Part shown: positions 22,513-37,500 of the stretch, one piece after another
How the letters are laid out: each line of letters opens with the position of its first letter
Position numbering within the stretch: the first letter of the stretch is position 1
From: Ascidiella aspersa
Taxonomy: Eukaryota
Assembly (NCBI GenBank): GCA_963924565.1
Contig: OZ004607.1
Coordinates: forward strand, 28,520,001 to 28,584,000
Length of the DNA: 64,000 nucleotides
Reading direction: 5' to 3'
The notes under the pieces: generated by a model
Databases searched by the model: none
What the model saw: only the letters and a program-made list of their open reading frames with translations
What the model was told of the DNA's origin: nothing
Position numbers and translations under genes: made by a program

Positions 22513-25500
22513 ATGGGAAAGGACCATGAACTGTTGGAAGCTGCACGCATTGGAAATCAAAACCTTTTAGAAAAGTTGCTGTCTCCCAAAGCCAAATCAA
22601 CAACAAGGACATTAGCTGCCAGCATAGGGTAAATGCAACTTTGCCCTGCTTTTGTATATTTACACTGCTAATGCAGCACCAACCCAACTATATGCAGCCA
22701 ATTTTGTGTGGTCTCTTAAACTTTTGTCACTGCCACATGTTTAACTGATTTGTTTAAACAGCCATTGTTCCTGTTTAACCTTTGTTTGCTCGAAAAATAT
22801 TAACCATTATTTCCTTCTCAGAATAAAAGTCGGTCCAAATGTGAACTGCCAAGACCAGTCAGGGTATTCTCCTTTGCATCACGCCGCATTAAATGGACAT
22901 AAGTATGAAAAACTTAAAATTTGCACTTCCTGAAATGTTTTCCAAGTATTTTATTTATATATATCCTTCGATTTGTGTACTTTAGAAAGCTGTATGTTTT
23001 TTTAAACATTTTTTTCTGAAAAACATTCAATGTAGAAAAGTCAATTGATAGAATACAATTGACTTTGTTGTTTATTATATCTTTGTGTTGGCTTTTAACC
23101 ATGCAGTAGTGCATATCTTACAAATCAAACAACAGAAATATAAAATGAATTTTATATTGCAATTACCCAGGGACTCGGTTTGTTTTCTGCTTCAAAACTC
23201 TGCCTCTGCCAATGTGAGCGACATCAAAGGCAACTTTCCACTTCACCTTGCCTCCTGGAGTGGCAACTCTGAAATAGTCAAGTGTTTGCTTACATATGGA
23301 CCTAGCATTGCCAGAGTCAATGAGCAGGTAGGCCTTCTGCTTAAAAAAGTGCATGTTTTAAATGGCATGCATACAAATAAATGAATGTTACCAGATAATT
23401 TTCAAGAAGTAACAACATTGTGCAGTCAGCAGTGTTTTTATACATCCAAATTTCAAAGTTCTTTGCAGTACTTTTTACTCCATTGAGTATTTACTCTGCA
23501 ATGTTTATACACTATAAGTTTACTAACCATGTTAGTGGAATTGATTAGAGTTACTTTATTTTATAATATTTATATTTAATTATGCTTTGACAAGATGTTG
23601 CTTAATTTATCACTCTCTAGTCTGTAATGCATTTTCTCTTCACCTGGGTACTCAAGTTACCACAGGTTTCCAGTGTCAATAAGGGGAGAATTCTGTCCAC
23701 AAGAAAAGCTTCACCTGTTTACCAGTTACTACAACAGGCTGCCAAACTATAAATTTAGTGTTTTGATCCTTCTGTTTAGTTTCTGTTTTATTTCCCTAGC
23801 CCACCTTATTACCAAATTTAACTTGGTGCTTATAAATAGTCTGCAAAACAGTGCTAAAAGGTTCCTTTAAAAGTGCTCATCACAGTCCAACCACCTTTAT
23901 TCTTTTCATTTAAAGAATGGTGACAAGGAAACAGCCTTACATTGTGCCGCTCAACATGGACATACTGACACCGTGAAAGTACTGCTGAAACATGCTGCTG
24001 ATCCTAATGTAAATATATTATATTGTTTTTCCATTATTCTAAATTATATACCTGTTAACCTAACCCACACAAAAATTTTTTAGGTATTTTATTGCAATAA
24101 CTTTGTAAAACAAAATATATGTCTTTTAGATACTGTTTTGTTTTGAAAATACATTTATGTGCAGTGAATCCTGCAAGTTTGTTTTTGCAAGATTCAGCCT
24201 ATGTTAAAAATCAATAAAAATATATTTCAAATGTTCAAAATGATACCTACTTCTGTAGTGGCTTTTACATACTTTCTACGTCTTACTACAACCTCTACTA
24301 ACCATTATGCTCCAAAATTTTAAATAAATATACAATTTGTTTATTTACTTTAGTTTCGGAATGTCCGTGATGAATCGCCATTGGACCTGGCCTCTCAGTA
24401 TGGACGCCTACATGTTGTTCGATTAATACTGCACTTCCAACCTTCGCTTTTGTCGCAATCGTCTGAGCGCTACACGCCTCTTCACCTTGCATCACGAAAC
24501 GGCCACAAGGAAGTGGTGGAAATGCTACTTGCCCATGGAGCGGACATCAATAAAACTGTAAGAAATAGTGTTCTTAACTAGATAAACCCTTTTGAAGTTT
24601 GAAGCTACAATGTCAATGTGTGTATGCAAGTTTTTTGAAAATACATTTCAACCAATGTCGGTTAAGTCATTGTCTTAACACGTCAATTTAATGTATGTTC
24701 CATGTGGTAAACTTATCCAAATTTTCAGTATTTCCATAGGCAAACTTTTAAAATAAACAAAACCAAAGCATACTGTTTTCTGTATACAAAATTTGGGTAC
24801 TGGTATTTAATTTTCTACAAAAAACATTTTGATTTAAAAAAACTATATTTAAAGCACAATCCCTGTCAAAGAATTTGTCTAAATGGCTTAGGTAAGAATT
24901 AAAAAAAACAGAAGCATAATTATGATAGACCTTACATTGCAATAGTGCATAGTCTCATAGTGTTTATGTAAATCTTTATTTTAAGGGTGAAAACGGTTCC
25001 GCACTTCATGAAGCAGCTCTATTTGGTAAGCCGGAAGTTGTTCGGCTATTGCTCAGCAGAGGGGCAAACCCACACACCCACGACCCAAAGAATAGAACTG
25101 CTATGGAATTAGTCAGACAACTTAATACTCAAACCTCACGTGAAATATCACAGCTTATTTTGTGTAAGTACTAAGTAGTATTGCATTTGATTGCCGCATT
25201 AATTTAGTTACATTACAATTATTTTTATTTTGCTCTTGAATCATGGACAAACCTTTGTTGTTAAGTATTTTTTTGCTTGAATTGTTTTTATTTAATTTTT
25301 TTTACTAGGTTTTTTTTGCCTTGTAGTTGCATTTTGACATTTTATGCAAGGTGTGCTTGACATTTTTCCTTTTTTTATGTTTGCATTTTACCATAAACAT
25401 TTTTAAGCTATTTTACACTTTTTTGAACAATTTGAATGCCATCATAGTTTAATTGACTTGCAATTTTTTTCACACCCCTTTTTGACAATTCAAAGTTTTA

Positions 25501-28500
25501 ATTGTTATCAATTTCACCAAGTATTGCAATCACGCAATTATGCACCCTCTTGATTAATAAATTGCACCAGCTCGCTTGCAAGACGGCGAGGATTATGAGC
25601 CGATTAGTCCTTCACCCGTCGATCGAACCTCTACCCCATCTTCGCTCAGAAGGGTCCAATCCCAGGCCACCGTCATAGAGTCACCCCACACGTACCTGGA
25701 TATGCAACGTGGAGAAGCTCTGGGTCAGTTAAATAACATTAAGAAAGGATTGGCTTTTAACCCCGCAGCTACTAATTCTTTAGGAATTTTTAGTTTGAAG
25801 TTGTATTCATTTGCTTTGAACGGTGACTATTTTTCAAGAAAATGAGATTTAGAACAATTTTCATTGAATGTTACCTACTTTTGTATATTGAAGGTAATTT
25901 TATTAAACTTAATTTTCCCAAAGTGACTAGGATTTATGTAAAAATGTTGATTGCAGTTACTTTTTGGCGTGTGTGTGTTCTATAAACAACTACTAGTTAG
26001 ATTTAAGTATATTTATTACAATATAAAAGGCACTGATGTGTCTAATGCTGCTCTTTCAGGTCTTGTAAATATTGGCATAATAGTATGTGTTTAAATTTGT
26101 GGTAAACTGAAAATATAGTAAGGAGTGCTGGTTGGTAATTAGTTGGTGAATGTTTGTAGAGACAGTTGTTCTCAAACAGGATCTTTGTAAAATGTAGGAA
26201 ACTGTCTTAGACAAAGCCAAAGTTACAACGTTTTTAACAGTGTCATAAACGCCTATAGATGTGGTTAATCTAACTTGTTCATGAAAGATCAAAAAATTAA
26301 AAACCTAATGTATATTACCTCTGACTTTCTTCGTATCCAATTTTGCTGTGATGTTTTTGCTCTTCTCCATAAGGCAGTTATTTTTAGAAAAATTTTAAAC
26401 CTACTATTCCTACAACTGGTAATTGCTATTTTACTTTTGTGTTATAGGTGTTATTTTATAACTAAACAGCGGTTAGTGATGTTATACCAGCTTTAAACCA
26501 GACCAAAACTTGTTGTTTTCTTAATACCACATTCACGCCAGGCCACAGTTTTCTGCTTGGACATTGTTGTTTGCTCAGTCAGACATCAATACCCGGAAAA
26601 TTCAGCTGCATAGTTGCTTGTTAATTGCTTCCGATTGCCCAATACGAGTTCGTAGTCGCACCATTTTAGATTTAAGATGTTGCAAATGTTAAAAACACGC
26701 AGAAAGCGAGACGGCCAACGTGCATTCTTACTAGCAGTCCTGTCACGGTAAAGTAGTGAAAAGTTCATACGAGGTAACAGCGCTTTGCGAATATGAAAAC
26801 CAGGGCTAATAGTAGTCTTTTATGCAGATTATTCAGACAATGCAGGCAATGGAGATTTTAGGCCAGTCTTGACCTTCAGAAGATTAAAGGATACAAATGG
26901 CGCAAAAACACGTGTGGCTCAGATATTACATAGCCTTAGCGATACAAGCTGTACGATTGGTTATAACAGCATGAAAGCGTGGTAAAACCCAGCAGGGTCT
27001 TTCCGAAGTGTCGCGCATTTTTGAACAAGATATGTCGTTTGTGTATAACATTTGGGATACCCCAAAGTAGCATTTTATCTGAACAGCTGTAATGTTAGTT
27101 GTCGGTCACCTGCTCCGCTGCCAACTGGTATCTCCCACCGCTCACAAATCGTTAAAACAGACGTAGGCGAATGGTAAACAAGTCTCTCTAGTGTCAGTAC
27201 GCCGCTCGGTCAGCGGACAGTTGCCGAATCAGCAAATATGCCGGGAATGCCGGTTCACTTCGGTCAAATATCTGGCCGATATGGGTATATATGCCGTATT
27301 GTAGCGCGACGAATCCCTTTGTCGTCGCAGGGCGCACAGCGGGTTCCAGTGTCAATTAAATCGCAAGCGATCGAAGTCGTTTTCCACATCTCTCGCATAG
27401 TTTATGCATCGATAGGCTCACGTCGTTCTGTTTGTGCGGCCAGCCTTATTTGATCTCGGTAATTTTTAAACACGTTCTGTTGTCACATCGGTTTGAGTTG
27501 TTGATCCCTCTGTTGTCGCAGTTTGTGTGTCGACACATGAGAGTTGCTGTTGCCAGCAAAACCTGCAAATGTTAAGTGATCATTTGTTGTTTTTAAATGT
27601 TTTCCGTGTGTGGGGAATTTCAATTTTGTTGCTGAATTTTCGTTTTTAAATATGGAATGATTTTTGAACACCTGTTCGACCTAGTTAAGCAACTACTGCG
27701 TTGCAGTTAATTTTTGGGAAATTTCTCATATTATAGTTTAAATTTGTTTGCCATTTACGATTTGTTTAAGAAGCATTTATATCGAAGTTTATTTTCGATT
27801 TTGCAAATACGCGTGACACGGTTTATATTTTGTGTATGACAATTTGCGGCTATGACAATTGGCAAAGTTAATGGGCTCCTATGGCTCGTTTCGAGGTTTG
27901 ACACCTTATCACAGTATCAGTTCTTTGTTTGGACCGCGGCCGTACTATAAGCTGGACAACAGCTTTTTCGCTTAATCCCCTTTCTAGAGGCGACAGGCGG
28001 CCGAACGCCGGTGTCTTGTTATTGATTTAAACAGACGCGAACGTCGTCTTTGCTTCTACTTCTGCCGCCGTCCGTCCGCAAACAAGCCGCTACGACGTCG
28101 TCCCGATTTGCTTGATTGGCGTTTCGGGAGCGCATATGACGTGATAATGGCCGCGAGAGTGCGTCGAAAGTGTCGCCACCGCACACCGCCTCTCGTCGCC
28201 AGCTGTTCGGTGTCTTTGCGCGAAATCGGAAAAGTAAATGACGTTTTAATGAAACCGAATTTAATTATGCGACGGTAACGAACCAACACACAACCATGAG
28301 CAATTCCTCCTTGCCCTACATGCAAGTTTTCCGTATTAAAATGGTTGGTACTATGTTTGTTTTGATTTTTGAAGCAGTGTGTTAAAATGGAGTATGCTGG
28401 ACTCCCTAAAACTATAGGCTGATAAAGAAAACTGACTGTTGTCTAAATTGTATGAGAAAAAATATGTTTCACTTCATCTGGTTTATTGATTTAACACTTG

Positions 28501-31500
28501 ACAACAAATTTATTTGTTGGATCTCCGAAACCACATATGTACTGCCAAAAATGTTGAAAAATGGTACATTAAGTGTGACGTCACGTCACGTAACGCCACT
28601 TCAATCCCATGGTAACACTCAAAAGAAGTCAAATCTAGATACCATCTTCATCTTGCTTTGAACAAATCGATTTATAATGTGCCTGGTAAACTGGGCAAGA
28701 GTTGATAGGAAGCGCCACAACGAAAGTGAAGGCCCGACATTCTCAGAAACGGTTATACAAGTGGCGCTATTGTGGCTACATTTCAGCGCCGTACGTTTTC
28801 TGCGAAGTATAAACAACAGTTGGCGCCCGAAAGCAGTGACAGTAAGAATCTCCCGCGCCCACCTACTAAAGCCTCCCTTTCATCTACTGCACCCTCAGCA
28901 ATAGAGCGTGCGATTATTATCAGGCCATTGTCCTACCTAGAGCTGTGCTGTTGATTTGATCCTTTCTGGTTGCGCTCTGCTGGTCTTTTAGTCATGCCCC
29001 GACGATTTTGGTCACGGCCCGCTTCTTGAGTGGCAAAATCTTGCAAAATTGTCACCCGTGTCTTACTGTTGTTGTTTTTGGCTTGGCTTCTTAGGAATTT
29101 TATTATCATTTTCTCCTTGAAAAGTTTTTCTTGTAAATGTTTGATGTTTTTGCTCTCGGATTACGGATACCACTAACGCAATTTTTATTTCTGAATCCAT
29201 TCAAAGGTGGTGACTGTTTTTAGAACTTATAAATGACTAAATAAGGTAATAGACTTTGTTTTAAACTTATGATATTCGGAGTTTGGCGGTTATCTAAACA
29301 TCTCACGTATCCTGAAGTAAATTTTCTTTAGCTTGGTTTGTAAAATTGTTTTGTTGAAAGAATTCGTAGTTATCAAGATTGTTGTATACAAACTGTACCA
29401 ACACAATATTACTTGGTTAAATATTGCAACTATTTCAAACATCTTAAACGTTACTTACCTAAGTGCAACTGAGACATTAGCCGTTAAAGAAGTTAGTCGG
29501 TGGTAAGATTCAAAGTCATGCCCTCAGTCATGCTGGGATTCTTGCATATAGAGATTCATCTTCTCTTTGGTCTAGCTCAGGGGTCAACAAATCTCAAAAC
29601 CACGGCCCATTGGCGAAATTCTTCCGACCCTTGACCTATGTTCAAATTGATCCTAAAAAACGCTTTTTAATACTTTATTATCCAACATGTTTGTCGATAA
29701 GTTTCAAAGTTAACAACCATATCGATTTAGTTACTTTAATCTTTTATCTTTCCTTCGTTTTAGAAAGATTAACATAAATAAGTTAAATCCGAAATTGATA
29801 TCCTTTCCGGGATCGCCATCCATAAAGTTATCCCGCCCTTTATGAAAAACGTTTGATAATCCTTGCTAACTTAACGTTTATGTGAACGAAGTTATTTCAT
29901 TGTTGAAAAATATTTTATGTGATTTCGGAATGTTTTGGTGTTCATCGCGACCTCTATTTAAAAAAAAGGTTTTAAATTTGCCAGAAGCGTAACCCAACGG
30001 TGCGATAGATAGGCGAATAAGCTCCTGTAGGCCTTGCAGCATTAGACTCAAGACTCGCCCCAAACGCGGAAGGACGTACAGGCAAATATTTGCAACCGCT
30101 CACTTCTCGTTTGTTTGCGCTGAAGTCGAATGCTCGCCTGTCATCCGTCTAGCGACCGCACAGATAGCGTTATAGTATTAGGCCTGCCGATCGCTGCTAC
30201 CCGTTTAGCGAACAGCAATCGATTGATTCCAAGAAGGGCCCTGTTTTAATTTTTTGACCATGCTTGTTTACAAGGTTGGTCAGTTACGTTTCAAAAGTAC
30301 CTGGATTATTTTTGTCCATCTTGTTCGGCATTTATGATATTTTGAAACGTTTAGGGCGTGTAGTAAAATCAAGACGACTGCCTGTAGTTGTAAACGAGCT
30401 TCAAACCCACTCACTTTCCAAGTCGCACGTATGCCGAAATAATTCCTGAATTCTCGTCGAAAGCTGGCGGTTTGAGTGATTTAAAAAGTGGAAGTTTTTT
30501 CTTCGTTTCGTCAAATAGTTGGCAAAAAGGGCTGTTGGAGCACCTTAATGCTTAAATCTTTTTTGTTGTTTTTTAGTTTTAACACTTACAGCAAGTTTTT
30601 GGCCAATACCAAGGTGCAAATATAACTCGTTATTATTTTTTTTTTTTTTTAGTTATTTTTCCATATTTTTAAGATCAACCTGTAAAAAAACAGTGTATGA
30701 ATGAGTAATCTTGCCTAAAAAGAGTTGTGTTGGCTTTCTTCAACACTGATGTAAATAATTGGCGTTTTACCATTTTAATAGAAGAGAAACTAATTGTTGT
30801 TTTCCATCCCTTTAACAATCCTTGGACTTTCGTTGTGTTAACTCCGTCCACCAATCTGTCTTTTGGAACCGACATAAAGGGCAATCGATTTGTCAAGGGA
30901 CGAAAACTAAAACTAAAATCGTCCAGTGGGAGAACTAGACAGTAGAGAGGTGTTTATTGACGAACGCGCCGAAAACCATTTCGTCTCGTTTCCGAACTCG
31001 CCTGCTAATTGCCCGACACCCGACAATCACCAACGTTATTCAGGAATCATCGCGTGTTTTTTTAAGCCAATAAAATAACCCATCACCCTGTCTGTTCTTA
31101 TGGCGATTAGGGCTTCTGCTGTGGGTTGGTTAACTCCTTCGTGTTAGTTATAACCCAGCCAAGACAATAGGCTGTCCTTTTTTATACAAGACTGTTTTAT
31201 GTCTCTCAATAAAATTACCTTGTATCCTATTAACCCTTTATAATTTGGAATATAATTTTATATTGATTCTGGGACAAAATTAAGTTGTCTCTGTGTAAGA
31301 TAGGTTAGTGCTGGCTTGTATAATTCGTGTTTAACTATTAATGCCGAAATGCCTAATATAGCTTGTTATAGAATGAGCTCTTCATGATTTAAAAGTTTAG
31401 TTTTCGATTCACTGTTGGCATTAAAAATATATCGGCTTAATTTTTGCATTGACGCTTTTAGCTTGATCAATTTTTGTCCTTTCAACAAACGCATTAATTC

Positions 31501-34500
31501 AATGCTTGATGAAATATCCGATTTGTGAAACAAAAACAAAAATGCCGAATGCGATAATCTGTCAACGACTGTGCTGTGTAGAGCCATATTTCAGACGTGT
31601 AGAATGTGAATCACATGTGCTCCATAGCGCAGTAGTCATCAAAATTCACTCGGAGAGGCACCTTTCGAGGGCCATTATCACCGTTCGGTCGCGACGAATT
31701 GCCGTAAGGAGAATCGCTAAATAAGCGCAAAGTGCGGCTAGACCGACTTGATCACTTTCCGCTAACACGAAACATCGGCGCTGTGAAAATTTTGACCGGC
31801 ATGACGAGACATTTCAAGTCCCGTGTACGAGCTCACCCAAAAATTTCATTGTTGTTAAAGTAGGATAACAGTGAGGTTCAAGGTATTAGTGAAACACGAA
31901 ACTACTATTTGTTTAATTTAAAGTATTCGAATTAAGGATGAAACATAAAAAGCTTTGAGTTTTTCATTTGACAAATTATGTCCACGTTACCAGAAGAACC
32001 GACTAGTTTGGATATCTAGATTGTTAAACCAAGGCTAACAGAAATCATTCAAAACCCATGGCCGTATATGGCCTGCCAACTTAAACTCAGCAACCTGTTG
32101 TTGAACATACAATTTCATTCAACATCGCAAAATCGATCACAACTTTCAACGTTTCGTCACAATCGATGTGATTGTAATGTACTTCAGTTCCATCTCAAAT
32201 CGATCTCTTTGTTAATTGGGTTCTAGGCTGAACTGAGCGAAACCACACTCGGGCCTTATCCGCGAAAGTCAATTACAGGGACGTGTTTTATCGCGCCTAA
32301 TCGGATTTCGTCTCTTCCCGGTGGACTTAGGCCATGTGCGGAAGGCCATGCGGTCAGGCCTAGTGGTTTCCAACCGTCCGTTATAAAAAATTAGTTACAG
32401 GAGTTGCCCACCAGTCAGAGACCAAGAGCCAATTCCCTACTACTAGTTTACTGCCCTAACCGCAAAGAGCCACACAGTAAGAGTAATGCACACAAGACTA
32501 TCAGTAGATTTCTTCCTTTTTAACCCTTATTTGTTTCCTAGTTTCATGTACATGTTACGCTGCAAGTCGTAGTATTTAGTTACAGATTCCACAGAAACAA
32601 TACGATCTAAGTCATATACATCATCATTAACTTCAGGAAATTTGATATGCTGCACATTCACCCTAAAACACTAATACATCATGTCGTGAGAGACACACAA
32701 ATCTGGAAAGAAGCCACCTCTGACAAAGTGTAGTAGTTTTGGCAAGATCTTTTTTTATATTGAATGATAACCTTCGCGAATTTGTTACTTCCTGTAACAC
32801 GCATTTTGAACTTTGCCATTAACAGTTGGAAAACTCATATTTTTTTTTTAAATGTTAACTTTTCGATGACCAAGGTTTTTAGCTGTCTAAAATTGTTTGG
32901 TCATAAACTGCGTGTGGGTTCTTAATAGTTGCACATTTATTCGATGAAACATGCACACACATATGTGTGTTAAAAACTGAGATCTAGCCCTGCTGAAGCT
33001 GCTTTTTGACCAACGATTGCGGCTTACGTATTATTTGCACATTTTGTTGTTTGTGTTAATTGTTATTATTTGTCCGCAATTCACATATTACACCAAAATT
33101 TTGCACTACGATACGCCAAGCCTGCTTGTCGAAACAAAAAAGATTAAAATAAATACACATCATATTTTAGGCAATTAATCTTGCTAAGTTGGTTCCAAAA
33201 AGAGGGACGTAGGTTCCTAGGTAGCTGATAAAAAATGTTAAAAACTTGCATGTGGTTTTACAGAATGTTGCCAATTGCCATGTTATAATGACGCATGTGT
33301 TTGCCTAATTTTATACCTTGTAATTTTTCGAGAGATTTTAATTTAATTTTCTGTTTTTATATCTGCTTTACGCTGCCCTTAATTTTTCATAAAATATAAT
33401 TGTTTTGTCGATAAATGGTAACATTTTTAACAAGTTGCTTATTGTGATTTCCTGTTTAGAACGTCAAAAAGCAATATTATATTTTGTTTTGTACACAGCG
33501 TTCCTTGAAAGGGGATACAGCAGCAAAAACGTATTCGGTGAGTGGTTAATCCTGAAATTGTACATTATGTTTGCATGTCTCTATTTTAAGATGTTTAAAC
33601 TCAACAAAAGTATATACCTACCTATAAAACGTTGTTCACTTGCCACCAATTGAAAACTGGGGCGGGACAATACAAACAAAGGCACAATGGGTAAGCCCAG
33701 CGTTTCTCATCCCAAAGTTCCCTAGGGGGCCACGAGGCAGTCTTCTAGGGCCACTTCTAGTCTTCTAGGGTCAAGAACTACATGTCAACTTAACTTGAAT
33801 TTGTTGTTTCATAATTTTTGTGACGTTCCTTGGCGCATTTTCCAAAATGTAGGCAAGAAAGCCACCAACTGTTAAGAGCTCATGAAAGTGGGCCAAGCAC
33901 TCATTTGAACCACTATGATAGCGAAGTAATTTCCTTCTAGATTACTCCTAAGGAGTTAAGTAATTATTGAAATTATGCCAGTGTTTCAAACGCAATAAAA
34001 TTTGTTTGCAAATTTTATTTTCACCAAAAAAATCATAAATATTGAACGCTTGTATTTGTACGTAAAAAAAACATTATTTTTTGTACAACATGTCTTTCGT
34101 TCTACCAACTTATAATATGACCCAGAATTAGGCACCCCATAGTTCACCTGGAATGCCGTTCACACCCCTGGCAAGTCAATGTTAGAACACTGATAAAAAG
34201 AATCCACTTTTCTCCTGCAGAAACCCCTGCACCTTCTCTTGTCTCCCTACCTCGTGTCACTGTTGAGGATCACTACATTTCCCCCGAACTTCGTCGCGCC
34301 TCCAACACTTCGTCACCTCACAGCACCGAGGGATCCAAAGGTAGAATTTTAATATATCCAATACCAAGTGCCCAAGTGGTAGTGTCGTTACTAATTTCTT
34401 ATTTCGTACTTTTGAGTTTGAAACATCAAACTAAACCGCATGCGGACTGACACCAAAAAAAATCGGTCGTAGGTGTAATAAGAGCACGTTACCACTCACT

Positions 34501-37500
34501 TGATTAAATGTTTTAACGAATAAAATAGCAACATATCAAACACTGTAATATAGTTCGTGTGCCCCTTCATTAAAAAACACCCTATAAGTTAGGTATCACC
34601 TGTTTACACCACCGTTATTTGATTAAAATTGAGTTAAACTTTATTTTGGGAGACATGACGCATTGGGCACACCAATTGCACATTGCTCATGCTTGATATA
34701 TTGACTTTTGTCGAGCTGATGTTGAGAAACATCTAATTAGGACCGTTGTAAGGGATTGTAAGGCTATATAAAGAAAAGCACGCAAAAAGTTCGCGCGAGA
34801 CATAAGAATTACACATTACGCTTATCCTGCTTCAAAATGGTGTTACGCAATGCAATGACAATATTGCAAAAAACATTATAGATTAGCTCGAACAACAAAA
34901 AAAAGCTTGGGGAGTCCACCGGCTTAAGACTGTTGTCATAATATAGAAAAGCTGTAAGAGAAGTACTTCGTTCAAGCCGGATAGCTTCGTTTATCTTAAA
35001 ATTGCCGTAATTCTTTCAATACGAGTAATATGTGTATGTTTAATAGACAGAAAGCATGCAACAAATATAAATAAAAGGCTCAAATACCGGGAAACTATTA
35101 AAAATTGGTAGCTGAAAAGCTTTTATGTAATTTTTCCATGTAAAGCATTGCATATAGCACAGCACTAAGCAGAATGAAAACCAAGCGTAGCATGGACTTA
35201 TTAAACTTACAATAACAAAACTAAAGCTCTCACTCCCAGGTTAGAACCATTGGCCTAACGTTCAAACAGTTGTCTAGTAACCAAACTTGATCCGCAGGTT
35301 TCGGAGGTAGCTGGGGCAGGAGCAGCTTTGGCAAGGGGATAATACTCAGGAGGAGCGCGTCCGCTCGCAGCTCCCGATCCCTGCCGCGGCTCCCATCCTC
35401 CAGCGGCCGATCCCCGTCAACATCCGTCCTCCTAAGTGATCCTAACCACCCCGCATCCTCAGCCCTCTTCCGTCAGCATCATCCCTCCTCCAATATGTTT
35501 CCCGTGAGTCCGGCCTCCCATCTCAAACCCTCCGATCCCGCGCGAAGAGCATCAGCCTCACTTCCGTCTTCTCCTCTCCTGCCCTCTCCGCTCCACTCCT
35601 CCCCGCTCCCTGCATCCCAAATCAAAGAGGAGGAGGAAAACGAAGAGGTGGAGTGGCGCGCCAACAAGAAGATCTTCACCCGGGAGCGGTTAAAGACGGA
35701 GGACGACAACGTTTTTCTTCCCGGACCAACTCGCAAAGCGAAAGAGGCTCGTAGTCGCCGAGTACAGAGTTGTGAGCCGCACGACTCGCCTGCGGTGAAT
35801 CGGAACATCGAACCTACTCGAAAGTCGGAGGTTCGGTACTCGGAAGAGCTAGTCGACCAAGCGTCGGTTGAGTTTGGGACCCCTGGCCGGTCTCCACCGG
35901 GTTCCCGGCCCAAAAAGCCGGCGAGAGCCAGGTCAAAGTTTTCGACGCCTATGACGCCAATGACGCCCATGACGCCGCCCCCAATTCCGCCCAAGCCTAT
36001 GAGCATGATGAAAGTACGGATTTATTTTTATTTTTTTTTAATATTTTTATTTTTTTAAAGATTTTTAATATTTCGAAATGTATTGTTTATAAACAGTTTG
36101 TTTCTTGTTACGACATGTTAAGTCTAGTTGTTTATTTATTACTACAAAAGTCATTTAACTCGCTTTTTGAATGTAATGTGTTGCTTAAAACGTTGCGTAC
36201 ATAATCCCAAAACGAAACGTAATAAAAAAGTCAATATTTCGAATACGCCATTGCACAATGTTTAATGGATGTTTTAAAACTAATTACAACGCAATACTTT
36301 CGGTTTAAAATAACTTTGAACAAAATCTTAACTGGTACACAAAAAATAACGCTATTTTTATAAGTTTCGATAAATAATACCTGATAATTTCGTGTTTCCT
36401 CACGTCTTCACTTGCTCCCAGGTGAGACTGTGCTATTTTAAACACTTTGTTTCTTGCGAGTCCCCAGATGAATGCTTTCCAGCCCACGGCCAATTGGTCT
36501 GATAAAAAGCGTTAAAAGTATTATTTTTTTTTACTAATTTCGTGTTTCCTCACGTCTTTGTCGCTCCCAGGTGAGACCGCCCTCCCCGGTCGATCCTCCC
36601 CCGGAAGACGAAGAAGTAGACGAGGAGGAAGAAGAAATGACGTCACCGGATCCGGAGGAGGGAGATCAAACTGAGGAGGAAGAAGAAAACAAGGAGAACT
36701 TGGACTGCTCGATATCAGTGAGTGTCGGACCTATGCCGGTGGTGGGCAACTTGCGGACTAAGATGACTGGCGAGTGCTGAAATGCGGAAAAGTGCGGAAT
36801 TTCCGAGATTGCGAAAAAATCCCCAACGTGTAGGGTTTGCTTTCCGGGGCAGTACTTTGAAGCCTCCGAAAATTTATAAACTTTTTGTTACTGTTAGGCG
36901 TTTTTTTTAAGCGGTCGTTGCTTCGAGGACTGTTGTTTTTAGGTTTTTAGAGGCAGATTTTTTCTTGATAAGCCAAGCTTCCTTTTAAAAGTAATCTATT
37001 GTTGGCCTACTTTCGTATTTTATTTTCTCCTCAAGCGTTTTGTTCTCGCGCCTTTGACTTACGTTTAGATTTTAATTCGTTTTTATTAGTATTACGGAAA
37101 ATCGTGGAATTTCTTGCTTCAGCTTTTCTCTTACAGTATTATTCGCAAAAAGAAGCCGTTCTTAGCTACGCAAATTAGTGGCCATATTTTTCTTTTAATT
37201 GCCGCCTACAAGTATGGTAACTGAGTGAGTAGTTTGATCTTGTTAATTTTCTTTTGATGTAAATCAGACTTTGTGTTTGTTTGTGTGTGTGTGTGTGTTG
37301 GTTGTCTTGGTGAATTTCGACCTCACGTAACCTCAGATGATGACCTTTACATTCGCGGTCGTTGCGATTTTATTTCGAGGTCATCACAACTTCTGTTCGC
37401 TTGCGATAGCGTCTTTGAAAGAAAAACAGCTGTCTATGGCTTCGAATCAGTTGCAGTCATGAATTGAACTTTCTTAACTTTCCCTTGTAATGTCGATTGC

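Noticed and set aside
22513-25163. CASKIN as the identity of the ankyrin gene
   Set aside because: The N-terminus ELLEAAR and the GPS..RVNEQ segment match ANKS1, and no SH3 exon follows the ankyrins.
36765-36776. GC donor ACTG|GCGAGT as the end of the 36571 exon
   Set aside because: It is phase 1, whereas the next modelled exon (38516) needs phase 0, which the GT donor at 36718 provides.
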